Position numbers and translations under genes: made by a program
Notes under the pieces: generated by a model
Seen by the model: the letters and a program-made list of their open reading frames with translations, nothing else
Databases searched by the model: none
What the model was told of the DNA's origin: nothing
In this document: one piece after another, positions 27,446 to 37,680 of the stretch
How positions within the stretch are numbered: position 1 is the first letter of the stretch
How the letters are laid out: every line of letters starts with the position of its first letter
Source: Candidatus Micrarchaeota archaeon
GTDB taxonomy: Archaea; B1Sed10-29; WALL01; WAMD01
NCBI GenBank assembly: GCA_964652335.1
Contig: CAZZDL010000001.1
Coordinates: 89,216-153,215, forward strand
Length of the DNA: 64,000 nt
Direction of reading: 5' to 3'

Positions 27446-29458
27446 TCACTTTCCTAGTATGAACACAGACGGAGCGTCTTCCAATATATCATAAATCATT
27501 TTGAGTTTTGGATCTTTCCCTTTCTGCTTTGCATACTTTTCCAAACTAACAGAAAACCAGTTACCACCCAGGCTGGACTTCTGCAGGTCTCTTTCTGCCT
27601 TCATCCAACCAATTAACTCTGTGCTTTCATTTATGTATGTGTTATAGTAAACATCTTTGACGCCAAAGTTTCTGTAGTTAAGATCCATGAATCTTTTTCT
27701 CACTTTTTCTGTTTCTATGTTTGCTAACTCTATGTAGACACCATCATTTTCCTGGAAGGATGTAAGTTTATTCCTAACAAAGGACACCACTTTTTCTGCG
27801 AATAGGAATGCATCTTCATCTTTTACAATGCTTTTACCTTTAAACTCCTGTATGGACGAGTCTAGGCCAACCAGATTGACTAGGGAAGGGGCGAGGTCAA
27901 GTTGGAAATATACTTCATCGTTTGAAGAATTTGTCAAGAAAGGCAATATTCTGTTTTCAAACATTCTTCTTTCTATAATCTTCCTTTTAATTACTGCGAT
28001 TTCCTTTGCATAATTCAATGCCTTTTCCAGCATTGAGAAGAATTGCGTTTCATCCTTAGCTTTCAATCCTATGTAGGGCATATTCACTGAGATCTCTTGG
28101 AGGACACCAGTCCTTAGAGTTTCAAACCACTTCCCCTTTCTACCCAACAACATATGATTTGGTGCTATTATCCCAGCGTTTTCCTTTATGATATCTGACC
28201 TTGCGTTTACTATCATAACTTTATTCTCCTTTAGGAATTCCTCTAGCTTGTTCATCGTGGAGTTTGGTATAGGTCCATCCCTGATCTTTATCACTATCCT
28301 TGGTGTCTTGAACGGTTTTTTAAGGAAATCTCCTTCACTCATGACATCAAGGAAAGAATTTAGGATCCTTACCGCTTCTCTCTCATAGTCTAGATAAGTA
28401 TCTGTGGAAGTCACTCCACCAGGGAGTATAGCCTTTTCTTTCTTTATGAAGGATGGAGCTTCAAGCTCAAAGTTCAAACTAGCTAGTGCTAGTCCACCCT
28501 TCACTCCTAGAAGTTGGTTCAGCTGATATAAAAAGCCTTGAACCAGCTGGCTTAGTTGGTTGTTATTCAAATGCATGGTATATGGGGCCAAGAACAGATT
28601 GAAGAAATCAAATCCTTGTCCTCCAGATATATGAGTGGACGCAGATATTAGTATTCTTATTATATGCGAGAACGCAGTATCTGCATGCTTTGGTGGGCCG
28701 GCCACAGTGATGTTTTCATCAATGAATAATCCATTCCTTAAGAACCATCTAATATCATTTTGCAAGGATGTAATCCTTGTCCCAAAGTAGGGTATATCAT
28801 GTATATGTATAAACCCTGAAAGATGAGCCTTTGCTATTTCCTCTGGCAACAGCTTTGTCAATGCATATTCGCTTGTGACACTGTCTCCGAATATCTTGTG
28901 TATCGTTTCTGGGTTTTTTGGAGTCACAGGAGGATTTTCTATTATATTATGCACATCGTACAACGGTAGCCCAAGCCTTGAGTACTCAAGTCTTGCTCTT
29001 GTATACTTCCTTTCCAGCAGTTTTGAATTGACCATGTCTCTTATGAGGGGAGCTGATATATACCTGAGCTCTAGCCTTCTGATATCTGATTCAACTTCGT
29101 TCGCTATCTCTTCGCATACCTTTTGAGTAAGTGTGGTTTCCTTTAGCAGACTAGAAACAATCTTTTCTTTGTCAAATGGTTCCAGTTCGCCGTTAGAGGT
29201 TCTAACGTATATTCTGTGATAGTTTTCGTACGCCCTAGCAGCGTTTTCATCCTTTTTTCTCAGCTCTTCAATTATTAGGTCATCAATCTCATCCTCTGTC
29301 ATTCCAGGTTTTACCCTATCTTTTATCCGCATTATTACCTCTGTAGCATCCCAGAAGGGGATTCCAGCCTTTCTACACTTCTCCTGGATGACCCTCGGGT
29401 TAAAATTCGAACCATTCATCACTGTATGTTTTAAATTTCGAAATATATAATTTAGCAT
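27446..29458 (-). CDS. ATP-cone domain protein with a class III ribonucleotide reductase (NrdD)-like body, lacking all cysteines and the glycyl-radical motif
   Basis: ATP cone YVRTSNGELEPFDKEKIVSSLLKE; NrdD-like AHLSGFIHIHDIPYF; no Cys after residue ~115 and no RVxGY at the C-terminus. Confidence 0.55.
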   Translation of the reverse strand: MLNYIFRNLKHTVMNGSNFNPRVIQEKCRKAGIPFWDATEVIMRIKDRVKPGMTEDEIDDLIIEELRKKDENAARAYENYHRIYVRTSNGELEPFDKEKIVSSLLKETTLTQKVCEEIANEVESDIRRLELRYISAPLIRDMVNSKLLERKYTRARLEYSRLGLPLYDVHNIIENPPVTPKNPETIHKIFGDSVTSEYALTKLLPEEIAKAHLSGFIHIHDIPYFGTRITSLQNDIRWFLRNGLFIDENITVAGPPKHADTAFSHIIRILISASTHISGGQGFDFFNLFLAPYTMHLNNNQLSQLVQGFLYQLNQLLGVKGGLALASLNFELEAPSFIKKEKAILPGGVTSTDTYLDYEREAVRILNSFLDVMSEGDFLKKPFKTPRIVIKIRDGPIPNSTMNKLEEFLKENKVMIVNARSDIIKENAGIIAPNHMLLGRKGKWFETLRTGVLQEISVNMPYIGLKAKDETQFFSMLEKALNYAKEIAVIKRKIIERRMFENRILPFLTNSSNDEVYFQLDLAPSLVNLVGLDSSIQEFKGKSIVKDEDAFLFAEKVVSFVRNKLTSFQENDGVYIELANIETEKVRKRFMDLNYRNFGVKDVYYNTYINESTELIGWMKAERDLQKSSLGGNWFSVSLEKYAKQKGKDPKLKMIYDILEDAPSVFILGK

Positions 29459-29459
29459 T

Positions 29460-29885
29460 ATGATAGAGTTAGATGAAGTGGATAAAAGGATACTTGAGCT
29501 CCTAAAACAGAATTCTAGGCTTTCATTCTCTGAGATAGCTAGGCAGTTCGGCTTTTCTGACGTAGCAATAAGGAAGAGAATAGAAAAGCTAGTTGAGAGA
29601 GGGGTTGTAAAAAGGTTTACCTGTGAGCTAGACTACGCAAAGCTAGGGAAACCAGTATCTGCGTTTATCTTCATAAAGACTAGAGCAGATAGGACAAGTG
29701 AAGTATTGGATGCCTTGAAGGAGATTCCAGATATACAGGAAATATATCAAGTGATGGGAGAGTACGATATAATAGCAAGGGCAAATGTTTCCAGCATAGA
29801 GGCGTTAAAGGAGATGACAGAGAAAAGGATATCCAATATCCATGGTGTAATGGAGGTAAAACCAAACATCATCTTCTCCCAGTGA
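29460..29885 (+). CDS. lrp: Lrp/AsnC family transcriptional regulator
   Basis: KRILELLKQNSRLSFSEIARQFGFSDVAIRKRIEKLVERGVV HTH followed by a RAM domain. Confidence 0.8.
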   Translation: MIELDEVDKRILELLKQNSRLSFSEIARQFGFSDVAIRKRIEKLVERGVVKRFTCELDYAKLGKPVSAFIFIKTRADRTSEVLDALKEIPDIQEIYQVMGEYDIIARANVSSIEALKEMTEKRISNIHGVMEVKPNIIFSQ

Positions 29886-29889
29886 TTGT

Positions 29890-30267
29890 ATGCGTATTAG
29901 AGTTTCAGCTAGGATCTATCCGACAGAGGATGAGAAACAGGTTAGGAGAGCCATTTTGTCTGTTTTTCCAGATGCAAGACTGGAAAAGGAAGGAGATATC
30001 CTGACGGGGGAGGCCAGCGGTGTTGAGAGGTTTAGGGAAGTTATTAGGTCTAGGAGGATAAGAGACACAATTGAGGAGATACTTGAAGGGAACTATTCCT
30101 CTGGAAAGACATGGATTGATTTGAATAAGCAAGATGCATTGAAAGGAATAGTGAATGTATGTGAAGATTCACCTCTTGGTTGCTTGCATGTTGAGTTTTT
30201 TCTTGAAAGAGATGAGATAAAGGAGCTAGTCTGGGGTAGTAAGAATGGAGATAGAGGCGAAGTTTAG
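29890..30267 (+). CDS. conserved archaeal hypothetical protein (125 aa)
   Basis: ORF only; overlaps the downstream CYTH gene start. Confidence 0.4.
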   Translation: MRIRVSARIYPTEDEKQVRRAILSVFPDARLEKEGDILTGEASGVERFREVIRSRRIRDTIEEILEGNYSSGKTWIDLNKQDALKGIVNVCEDSPLGCLHVEFFLERDEIKELVWGSKNGDRGEV

Positions 30268-30784
30268 AGTTAAGGATTTTTCTGGTTTGGAGAAGGCTTT
30301 GAGTAGAGCAGAGTTTGTTGGGGAGATGTCTGAGGAGGATGTATACTATGACCTGGGAAAGGAGGATAGGGTTTTGAGGCTTAGAATTAGGGATATGGAT
30401 GGGCGTCGGTCTATGATACTTACTTTGAAGATAAAGAAAAATAACAAAGGAGTAATGGTTGTGGACGAAAGGGAATGTGAGGTGGGAGAAGGCATAGCTG
30501 AGATCCTGGAAGGATTAGGTTTTAAGCAGTTTTTCAAGAAATCAAAGAAGAGAAGGACATTTGTCTTGGATGGAGTTAGTGTCAACCTGGATGATGTTGA
30601 CGGTCTAGGAAAATTTGTTGAGCTGGAATTTATAGGAGACCAAAACGATGGAGAGATAAAGCTTAAGGAGGTTGCTAGAAAGCTAGGGTTAGATTGGGAT
30701 GAAAGGATAGTTGACACATACATGGCAATGCTCCAGGCAAGTGAGCGGAAAGCTATTAAACCAGAGAAACCAAAAAAGAAATGA
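30245..30784 (+). CDS. CYTH-domain protein (triphosphate tunnel metalloenzyme / class IV adenylyl cyclase-like)
   Basis: N-terminal MEIEAKFRV, the EIExKF signature of CYTH. Confidence 0.6.
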   Translation: MEIEAKFRVKDFSGLEKALSRAEFVGEMSEEDVYYDLGKEDRVLRLRIRDMDGRRSMILTLKIKKNNKGVMVVDERECEVGEGIAEILEGLGFKQFFKKSKKRRTFVLDGVSVNLDDVDGLGKFVELEFIGDQNDGEIKLKEVARKLGLDWDERIVDTYMAMLQASERKAIKPEKPKKK

Positions 30785-31557
30785 TGAAAAAATTGATTGC
30801 TCTGCTGTTATTAATGCCTTTGTCTTTGGCATATGTCATTCATTTGGTTACACCTGTAAATACATACTTAGAGCCATTGATCCCTGTGGAAATCTCCCCA
30901 GTTGGCCCAGGTTACAGAGTGGTTTTGGCTGTTGATAGGAATACTCCAGAAAATTTTGTTTGGGACAACATTGATATGGAGACAGGTCCAAATTGGACAG
31001 TGACGTATGCAAAGGATTATAGATATATATATGCAATAATAGAAGTCCCTGTTGATGCTGAAGAGGGAGATTATCTATTAAGCTTTGTCGTTAGTGACAG
31101 AAATGGCGATCACGTTCAAGAGGATTCAATAGTGAGGATAACTGTCACCAGAAATCCAAACGATTTAGCAGAGATAGGAGACCTTGCTTCCACATCCCTA
31201 GTGGCTGGGAACGATTCAATATCATTTACAGTATACAATAAGGCGCTTGGAGAAGCCAGATACAGAATCTTTTATTCCATAGAGGGAATATCAAAGGAAT
31301 ATTCAAAGGATGTTATAATAGATCCAAACACGACAAAGTCAGTGGAGATCCCGATCAACATACCAAATGAGGGATTCTACAATATCACAGTTAGAGTGGA
31401 AAGCTTAGATACTCCAATAATAAACAAGACCATGTCCAGGCAGTATTACGTAAGGCCGACATTGAGGTCAAAGTTGTCAAGCATAAGGAATGCGTTTCCA
31501 ATAGTCCCAATAAATCTTGCACCGTTTTATGCCATACTAGGATTATTTCTGTGGTGA
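30781..31557 (+). CDS. surface protein with signal peptide and C-terminal TM anchor
   Basis: N-terminus MMKKLIALLLLMPLSLA; C-terminus FYAILGLFLW. Confidence 0.45.
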   Translation: MMKKLIALLLLMPLSLAYVIHLVTPVNTYLEPLIPVEISPVGPGYRVVLAVDRNTPENFVWDNIDMETGPNWTVTYAKDYRYIYAIIEVPVDAEEGDYLLSFVVSDRNGDHVQEDSIVRITVTRNPNDLAEIGDLASTSLVAGNDSISFTVYNKALGEARYRIFYSIEGISKEYSKDVIIDPNTTKSVEIPINIPNEGFYNITVRVESLDTPIINKTMSRQYYVRPTLRSKLSSIRNAFPIVPINLAPFYAILGLFLW

Positions 31558-33122
31558 ACATGGGGTTTTACGAGGAAATAATAGACGCAGTTCTATCTGG
31601 GAAAATAAAAGACGCAGATAGCCTACAAAAGGAAAAACAGAGACTTGCAAAAAAATATGGCCTGCAGAATATACCAAGCAATGTGGACATTTTGATGCAT
31701 GCTGATCCTTCAGTTAGGAAGAAGCTTAGTTTGCTTGTCAAAAAACCCACTAGGACCTTGTCTGGGGTTTCAGTCATAGCAGTTATGACAAAGCCATTGC
31801 CGTGTCCTGGCAGATGCATATACTGTCCAAGGGGGGACGCAGCTCAAAGCTATACTGGCCAAGAGCCGGCTGCACTGAGGGCAAAGCAGAATGTATTTGA
31901 CCCATACAGGCAAACATTAGCTAGGCTTAGGCAGCTGGAAGCTAGTGGACATCCAACAGACAAAGTGGAAGTAATTGTCATGGGAGGGACATTCACATCT
32001 GCACCAGTGGATTATCAGGAAGATTTTGTTAAAGGCATATTTGACGCACTAAATGGAGTTAAAGCAGCCAATCTAGAAGAAGCACATGAGATTAATCAGA
32101 GTTCAGAGCATAGATGTGTTGGTTTGACATTTGAGATAAGACCAGACTACTGTAGCAGAGAGGATATAAAGAGAATGCTTACGTATGGCGGGACAAGGGT
32201 TGAGCTTGGTGTACAAACAATATACAATGACATATACGAAAAGATAATGAGAGACCATACGGTAGAGGATGTCATTAGGGCGACTAAAGATCTAAAGGAC
32301 TCAGCCTTTAAGGTCTGCTACCACTTGATGCCGGGTCTTCCATATTCTTCAAGAGATAGGGACCTAGCAATGTTCAAAGAGATATTTACAAACCCATCAT
32401 TCATGCCAGATATGCTTAAGATATATCCGACGTTATTGGCCAGAGAGGAGTTTTATTCAGACAAGACCATTTGGGATTTATACAAGCGTGGTGAGTGGAA
32501 ACCTTTGACAAATGAGGAGGCTGTTGACTTACTGGCGGAAGCTATGCGGTTTGTCCCTAAATGGGTAAGGATAATGAGAATGCAGAGGGATATACCAGCT
32601 AGATTGATAGCAGCGGGTGTGACTGCTGGGAATCTAAGAGAATTAGTTTATGCGAAGGCTAAAGAAAAGGGGATAGACGTAAAGGAGATTAGGGCTAGGG
32701 AAGTTGGGATTAGGCAGAGAGAGGGGTTTGATATCGGTGAACCGGAGCTTGTGAAGGAAGAGTATGAAGCAAGTGGGGGGAAAGAAGTATACATAGCCTT
32801 TGAAGATGATAATGAAACTCTGTTCGGGTTCCTAAGGCTGAGAAAACCAGATAAACCGTTTATAGAATGGGCAAAGAATGCGGCGTTTATAAGAGAGTTA
32901 CATGTGTACGGACCAGAGGCTGAGATTGGGGAAAAGTCAGGAGCTAAGATTCAGCACAGAGGATTAGGAGAAAGGCTTGTTAAGACCGCAGAAGAGATTG
33001 CTCTGGACTGGGGATTCAAAAAGATAATAGTAATATCTGGTGTTGGAGTTAGGCCTTACTACAAGAAGCTTGGTTATTATAAACATGGCCCATATATGGC
33101 AAAGGATTTGGCTAGCAATTAA
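31551..33122 (+). CDS. elp3: Elp3-family radical SAM tRNA uridine(34) acetyltransferase
   Basis: CPGRCIYC radical SAM cluster; C-terminal GNAT motif QHRGLGERLV; 523 aa. Confidence 0.8.
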   Translation: MVNMGFYEEIIDAVLSGKIKDADSLQKEKQRLAKKYGLQNIPSNVDILMHADPSVRKKLSLLVKKPTRTLSGVSVIAVMTKPLPCPGRCIYCPRGDAAQSYTGQEPAALRAKQNVFDPYRQTLARLRQLEASGHPTDKVEVIVMGGTFTSAPVDYQEDFVKGIFDALNGVKAANLEEAHEINQSSEHRCVGLTFEIRPDYCSREDIKRMLTYGGTRVELGVQTIYNDIYEKIMRDHTVEDVIRATKDLKDSAFKVCYHLMPGLPYSSRDRDLAMFKEIFTNPSFMPDMLKIYPTLLAREEFYSDKTIWDLYKRGEWKPLTNEEAVDLLAEAMRFVPKWVRIMRMQRDIPARLIAAGVTAGNLRELVYAKAKEKGIDVKEIRAREVGIRQREGFDIGEPELVKEEYEASGGKEVYIAFEDDNETLFGFLRLRKPDKPFIEWAKNAAFIRELHVYGPEAEIGEKSGAKIQHRGLGERLVKTAEEIALDWGFKKIIVISGVGVRPYYKKLGYYKHGPYMAKDLASN

Positions 33123-33149
33123 ATATCTCTTTTTCCAAAACTGATTGGT

Positions 33150-34991
33150 ATGAGAATGGTTTTGCTACATTCGGACAGTATAAATGTGATCCCTAGAAAG
33201 AAGGCGTTGAAACAAGTAAAGGAAGCTAAGCCATTGAGCGTTGGAGAATGTTTAGTAGTTTTTACTGCGTTTGAGGATGCAGATGAGTCAGGAAATCCAA
33301 TACCGAACGCCGTCAAAGAGATAATGTCAATACTAAATAAGATCAAGGTAAGTAGGGTTGTTGTCTATCCATGGGTTCATTTGACAAGTGAGCCTTCTTC
33401 TCCAGGTTACGCTGAGAAAATGTTTACTCAGTTGTACGATGCATTGAAAGCTGAGGGTTTAGAGGTTTACTTAGCTCCATTTGGATATTACAAAGAATTT
33501 GAAATACATGTAAAGGGTCATCCACTTGCAGAATGGTCAAGGAGAGTACTGCCAGTTGAGGAACCAAAGGAAGAGGAGATTGATGAGGAAGAAGGAGAGA
33601 TGGAAGAGTTGTTTGTCATATTGCCGTCAGGGGAAGTCAGAAAGAGGGAAGAACTTGGCAAGGAGAATGAAAGGATCGAGATGGCGATAAAGGCCGAGCT
33701 TCACGAGATAAAAGAGACAAGCTTTGGGAAACCACCACACTTGGAGCTAATGAGAAGGCTTGAGATAGCGGATTATGAGGAAGTGTCTGACGCAGGGAAT
33801 TTGAGATTTTATCCAAACGGGCAGATAATCGTTGAGTTATTGAGAAAATTAGGCTGGAAGATGGCTGTGGATGATCTTGGGGCTTTGCCTGTTAGAACCC
33901 CTTACATAATAAATCCTTATCATCCAAGTGTTAGCAAAATGATATCTAAATTCCCGGAAAGAATGTACAGAGTTCTACCAGGACTAAGAGAGAAGAAGCA
34001 GGAGTTTAGGCTTAGACCTGCTTGTGACTATGGAGTATGGTCTATTTTAAAGGATGCAGTTGTTACATACAAGAACTTACCCTTCGGCTTGTACGAGTAT
34101 GATATAATCTGGAGATATGAGCAGAGAGGGGAACTCTTGGGGTTGTACAGGCTTAGAAATGCCCAGATGCCAAACCTACATGAGGTATGTAAGGATATAA
34201 ACCAAGCATTTGATAGGTTCCAAAGACATATAGAAAAGTTCGCTCTTGCTCTCTACAACTACCTGGACATGAATCCAGAGGTATTGGTGCTAAATTGTAA
34301 AAGGGACTTTTATAAGGAGCATGAGGGAGTATTCAAGAAATGGGCTAGAGAGTTAGATATACCTATAATTGTCAAGCTGTTCTCTAAGATGAAGACATAT
34401 AAGATAGCATGGGTTGATGTTCTAGCCTTTGATAGCTTAGGAAGGCCAATGGAAGTAGATACTGTACAATTGGATACAGAATCCCCTGATTGGTGGGGAA
34501 TTAGGTACGTGGATGAGGATGGAAAGGAGAAAAAGCCATTGATATTGCATACAGGTTTTGGTGTTGAAAGGACAATCGCAGCGCTGCTTGAGAAGGCATC
34601 CAGTGAGGGATCACCATCATTGCCTACTTGGTTATCCCCGATACAGCTTAGGTTTATACCTGTTGGCGAGAAGCATCTGGACATTTGTATATCTTTAGCT
34701 GAGAAGGCTAGGGAGGTTGGAATAAGGGCCGATGTCAATGATAAGAATCAGGCACTTGGGAAGAAGATCAGAGATGCAGAAAGGCAGTGGATTCCTTATG
34801 TGGTGGTTATAGGGGATAAGGAATCTCCTGATGATTTGAGCGTTAGGGTCAGAAGGACAAAGACTCAAGAGAGAATGAGCATTGACGAACTGATAGCTAG
34901 GATAAAAAAGGAATGTGAAGGCAAGCCAGAGTTGTCAGCCCCGTTCCCAGTTAGATTATCCAAACGGCCAATATTCGTTGGCTCTAGTTAG
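33150..34991 (+). CDS. thrS: threonyl-tRNA synthetase, archaeal type with N-terminal editing domain
   Basis: class II motifs FRLRPACDYG and GFGVERTIAALLE; 613 aa. Confidence 0.85.
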   Translation: MRMVLLHSDSINVIPRKKALKQVKEAKPLSVGECLVVFTAFEDADESGNPIPNAVKEIMSILNKIKVSRVVVYPWVHLTSEPSSPGYAEKMFTQLYDALKAEGLEVYLAPFGYYKEFEIHVKGHPLAEWSRRVLPVEEPKEEEIDEEEGEMEELFVILPSGEVRKREELGKENERIEMAIKAELHEIKETSFGKPPHLELMRRLEIADYEEVSDAGNLRFYPNGQIIVELLRKLGWKMAVDDLGALPVRTPYIINPYHPSVSKMISKFPERMYRVLPGLREKKQEFRLRPACDYGVWSILKDAVVTYKNLPFGLYEYDIIWRYEQRGELLGLYRLRNAQMPNLHEVCKDINQAFDRFQRHIEKFALALYNYLDMNPEVLVLNCKRDFYKEHEGVFKKWARELDIPIIVKLFSKMKTYKIAWVDVLAFDSLGRPMEVDTVQLDTESPDWWGIRYVDEDGKEKKPLILHTGFGVERTIAALLEKASSEGSPSLPTWLSPIQLRFIPVGEKHLDICISLAEKAREVGIRADVNDKNQALGKKIRDAERQWIPYVVVIGDKESPDDLSVRVRRTKTQERMSIDELIARIKKECEGKPELSAPFPVRLSKRPIFVGSS

Positions 34992-34996
34992 AGCTA

Positions 34997-35010
34997 ATTA
35001 TTTTAAATAT
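34997..35010 (+). promoter_or_regulatory. putative archaeal TATA box (ATTATTTTAAATAT) about 27 nt upstream of the pilus ATPase ATG, implying a leaderless transcript
   Basis: AT-rich TATA-like element in the 39-nt thrS-ATPase spacer. Confidence 0.3.
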
Positions 35011-35030
35011 CTCATACGTTTACTTCTTGT

Positions 35031-36602
35031 ATGGCGTATCTAGATGAGTTAATAAAATTAGGTAAAGAGAAGGAGAAGAAGAAAACTGAAGAAAAAAAGA
35101 CAGAGGAAGAGAAGAAACCATCTAAGATAGACGAATGGGTTGAAGGGTCTTTACCTCCTGGAAGCGAGCTTATAGACGCATATGGAATATGCAAGATATA
35201 CAAAGTAAAAGGAGAAAAACAGCTAATCTATGCAGTTCCAGTTCCAAAACCTGCTGGACCTGATAGAGTCATAATTGACACAATAAAAGAGGCAGCAACA
35301 AAATTGATAACTGTTTCACCCGAGCAGATAAAGGATCCAGACGAGAGAAGGGAGTTCTACAAAAAGAGAGTTATGGAAATAATAAAATCCACACCAGAGC
35401 TTGGAGTCCCTCCGAACTGGCAGCCATTCTATGCAGAAACTGTTGTTAGGGAGATGATAGGATACGGGGCGCTAGATCTCCTTCTTGAGGATGATGCATT
35501 AGAAGAAATAATGGTCATTGGTCCGGGAAAACCAGTGTATGTATTCCATAGAAAATATGAGATGTGTAAAACAAATGTAATATTTGGAACTGATGATGAT
35601 ATTAGAGCTATAATAGATAGGATAGCGAGGGACGTTGGAAGAAGAATAGATATACAGGTCCCATTGTTGGATGCTAGACTACCAGATGGGTCCAGGGTAA
35701 ATGCTACAATTCCTCCAATCAGCTTAAACGGTTCAACTATAACAATAAGGAAGTTTAGGGAAGATCCTTACACTATCGTTGATTTAATAAAGAACGGCAC
35801 CGTTAGCTCTGAACTAGCTGCCTTCATGTGGATAGCTGGGGAAGGGCTTTCAGCTAAGCCAGCAAATGTTATAATATCTGGAGGAACAAGTTCTGGAAAA
35901 ACGACAACGCTAAACGTCATGAGCATGTTTATCCCACCAACAGAAAGGGTTATTACAATAGAAGATACAGCAGAGTTGAAGCTTCCAATAGAACATTGGA
36001 TAAGGTTTGAGACTAGACCGCCAGGACTTGAGGGAACTGGGGAAATAGACATGAATGCATTGGTGAAGAACTCACTGAGAATGAGGCCAGATAGGGTTAT
36101 AGTTGGTGAAGTAAGAGGTGAGGAGGCGTTTACATTATTCACTGCAATGAACACAGGTCACGACGGTTGTATGGGCACTGTTCACGCCAATGATTCAAGG
36201 GAAACCATAGTCAGGCTAACGAATCCGCCAATGAATGTCCCAAGCGTCATGCTGTCTGCATTGGATATAATAATAACACAGAAAAAGATACATGATAGAA
36301 GGAAGGGCACCATAAGAAGAGTAACAGAGGTTGCAGAAGTCACTGGTGTTTTGGAGGGCAAACCACAACTCATTTATCTCTATGAATGGGATCCAGTCAC
36401 TGATCAAATCAAGCCTACAGGTGTCCCGAGTAAGTATCTTAGAACACTGGAAAGGTATACTGGTCTTAGTCATGCAGAGGTCATGGAGGAGCTAGAAAGA
36501 AGGAAGGAGTTCCTTGAAGGGCTTGTTTCAAAGGGTATCAGGGACATAAAATCTGTTTCTAAAGAGATAACAGCTTACATAGCTGGTGGACATAATGGCT
36601 AA
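35031..36602 (+). CDS. type IV pilus assembly ATPase, FlaI/TadA family
   Basis: Walker A GGTSSGKTT, Walker B RPDRVIVGEVRGEEA, His box GTVHANDS, TITIRKF motif. Confidence 0.85.
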   Translation: MAYLDELIKLGKEKEKKKTEEKKTEEEKKPSKIDEWVEGSLPPGSELIDAYGICKIYKVKGEKQLIYAVPVPKPAGPDRVIIDTIKEAATKLITVSPEQIKDPDERREFYKKRVMEIIKSTPELGVPPNWQPFYAETVVREMIGYGALDLLLEDDALEEIMVIGPGKPVYVFHRKYEMCKTNVIFGTDDDIRAIIDRIARDVGRRIDIQVPLLDARLPDGSRVNATIPPISLNGSTITIRKFREDPYTIVDLIKNGTVSSELAAFMWIAGEGLSAKPANVIISGGTSSGKTTTLNVMSMFIPPTERVITIEDTAELKLPIEHWIRFETRPPGLEGTGEIDMNALVKNSLRMRPDRVIVGEVRGEEAFTLFTAMNTGHDGCMGTVHANDSRETIVRLTNPPMNVPSVMLSALDIIITQKKIHDRRKGTIRRVTEVAEVTGVLEGKPQLIYLYEWDPVTDQIKPTGVPSKYLRTLERYTGLSHAEVMEELERRKEFLEGLVSKGIRDIKSVSKEITAYIAGGHNG

Positions 36603-37680
36603 GAACATAGAAGTAGAGGAAAGAAAACAAGCAGGTTATAGGAAGACCGACGTAGAAACAATAATACGAAGAATGAAAAAAGTCTATCAAGAGAGAGGAT
36701 ATTCAGAAGAAGAAGCAAAAGCACTTGTTTTGAAAAGGGCAGTTACAGGTACAAGGGCTATTGATATTGAGACAATGGCCCCAAAGGACCTAGTAAAATC
36801 CAACAACGCATTGCTGCGGATAGTTGGGATTGTTTTTTCCAGATTTAGCTTTCTTTCTTCCCTAGCAGAAAAGATTGCTGACTCTGATATAGGATCAAGG
36901 TTAATGAGGGCACTAGATTCAGTAAATTCAAGGTATTCAACAAGTCAGTACATAGCTATTGCCATGTTTGTATCCTTGTTCTCGGCTTTCATACTTTCTT
37001 TACTGTTTACATTCGCTTTGATGGACATAGCTGACCCAGTGGTGATGTTTCCGATAGTGTTTATCACTTCGTATCTGTTCTCATTTTTTATTGCGTTGAA
37101 GCTCCCTGAATCAAATGCTAAAAGGAGAGGAAAGAACATAGATAAAGTTCTTCCATTCGCATTGAGACATTTTGCGACTGAGATAAAGGCAGGTGTTGGT
37201 ATTCACAAAGCAATGAGAGCCATTGCAAATTCAGGATACGGAGCTTTGTCAGAGGAGTTTCAGAGGGTGATAGACGAAATAGAAAAGGGAGTTACCACAG
37301 AGGATGCTCTAGAAGCTTTGGCAAATAGGACAGAGTCTGATGATCTTGCTAGATCAATATTGCACATAATAAGAGCCTTGAGAACTGGTGGAAATCTGTC
37401 AGAGATATTAACAAAGATTGCAGATGATGTTTCTTTTAACCTAGCTGTTAGGATGAGAGATTTCTCAGAAAGATTGACATTGATAAGTTTGTTCTATATG
37501 ATGGCAGGAGTTGTGTTCCCTGTTTTCATATCTGTTTTGTTTGCGATATTCTCATCTGCCCCGTCCTTGGGTCTAGCCGGTGTTGTAGGACCAGATATTC
37601 TCATGATGATATATCTCATAATAATTCCCATGTCCCTGGGTGTTATCCTGTACATAATTAATGTAACTCAGCCAATGTGA
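36586..37680 (+). CDS. type II secretion system F-domain membrane protein (TadC/FlaJ-like, single domain)
   Basis: multi-TM protein with one T2SSF-like soluble domain; overlaps the ATPase stop. Confidence 0.65.
   Translation: MDIMAKNIEVEERKQAGYRKTDVETIIRRMKKVYQERGYSEEEAKALVLKRAVTGTRAIDIETMAPKDLVKSNNALLRIVGIVFSRFSFLSSLAEKIADSDIGSRLMRALDSVNSRYSTSQYIAIAMFVSLFSAFILSLLFTFALMDIADPVVMFPIVFITSYLFSFFIALKLPESNAKRRGKNIDKVLPFALRHFATEIKAGVGIHKAMRAIANSGYGALSEEFQRVIDEIEKGVTTEDALEALANRTESDDLARSILHIIRALRTGGNLSEILTKIADDVSFNLAVRMRDFSERLTLISLFYMMAGVVFPVFISVLFAIFSSAPSLGLAGVVGPDILMMIYLIIIPMSLGVILYIINVTQPM

Noticed and set aside
27446-29458. Calling this gene a functional anaerobic ribonucleotide reductase NrdD
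   Set aside because: The catalytic body has no cysteine and there is no glycyl-radical motif. It is called only an NrdD-like ATP-cone protein and flagged as a finding instead.
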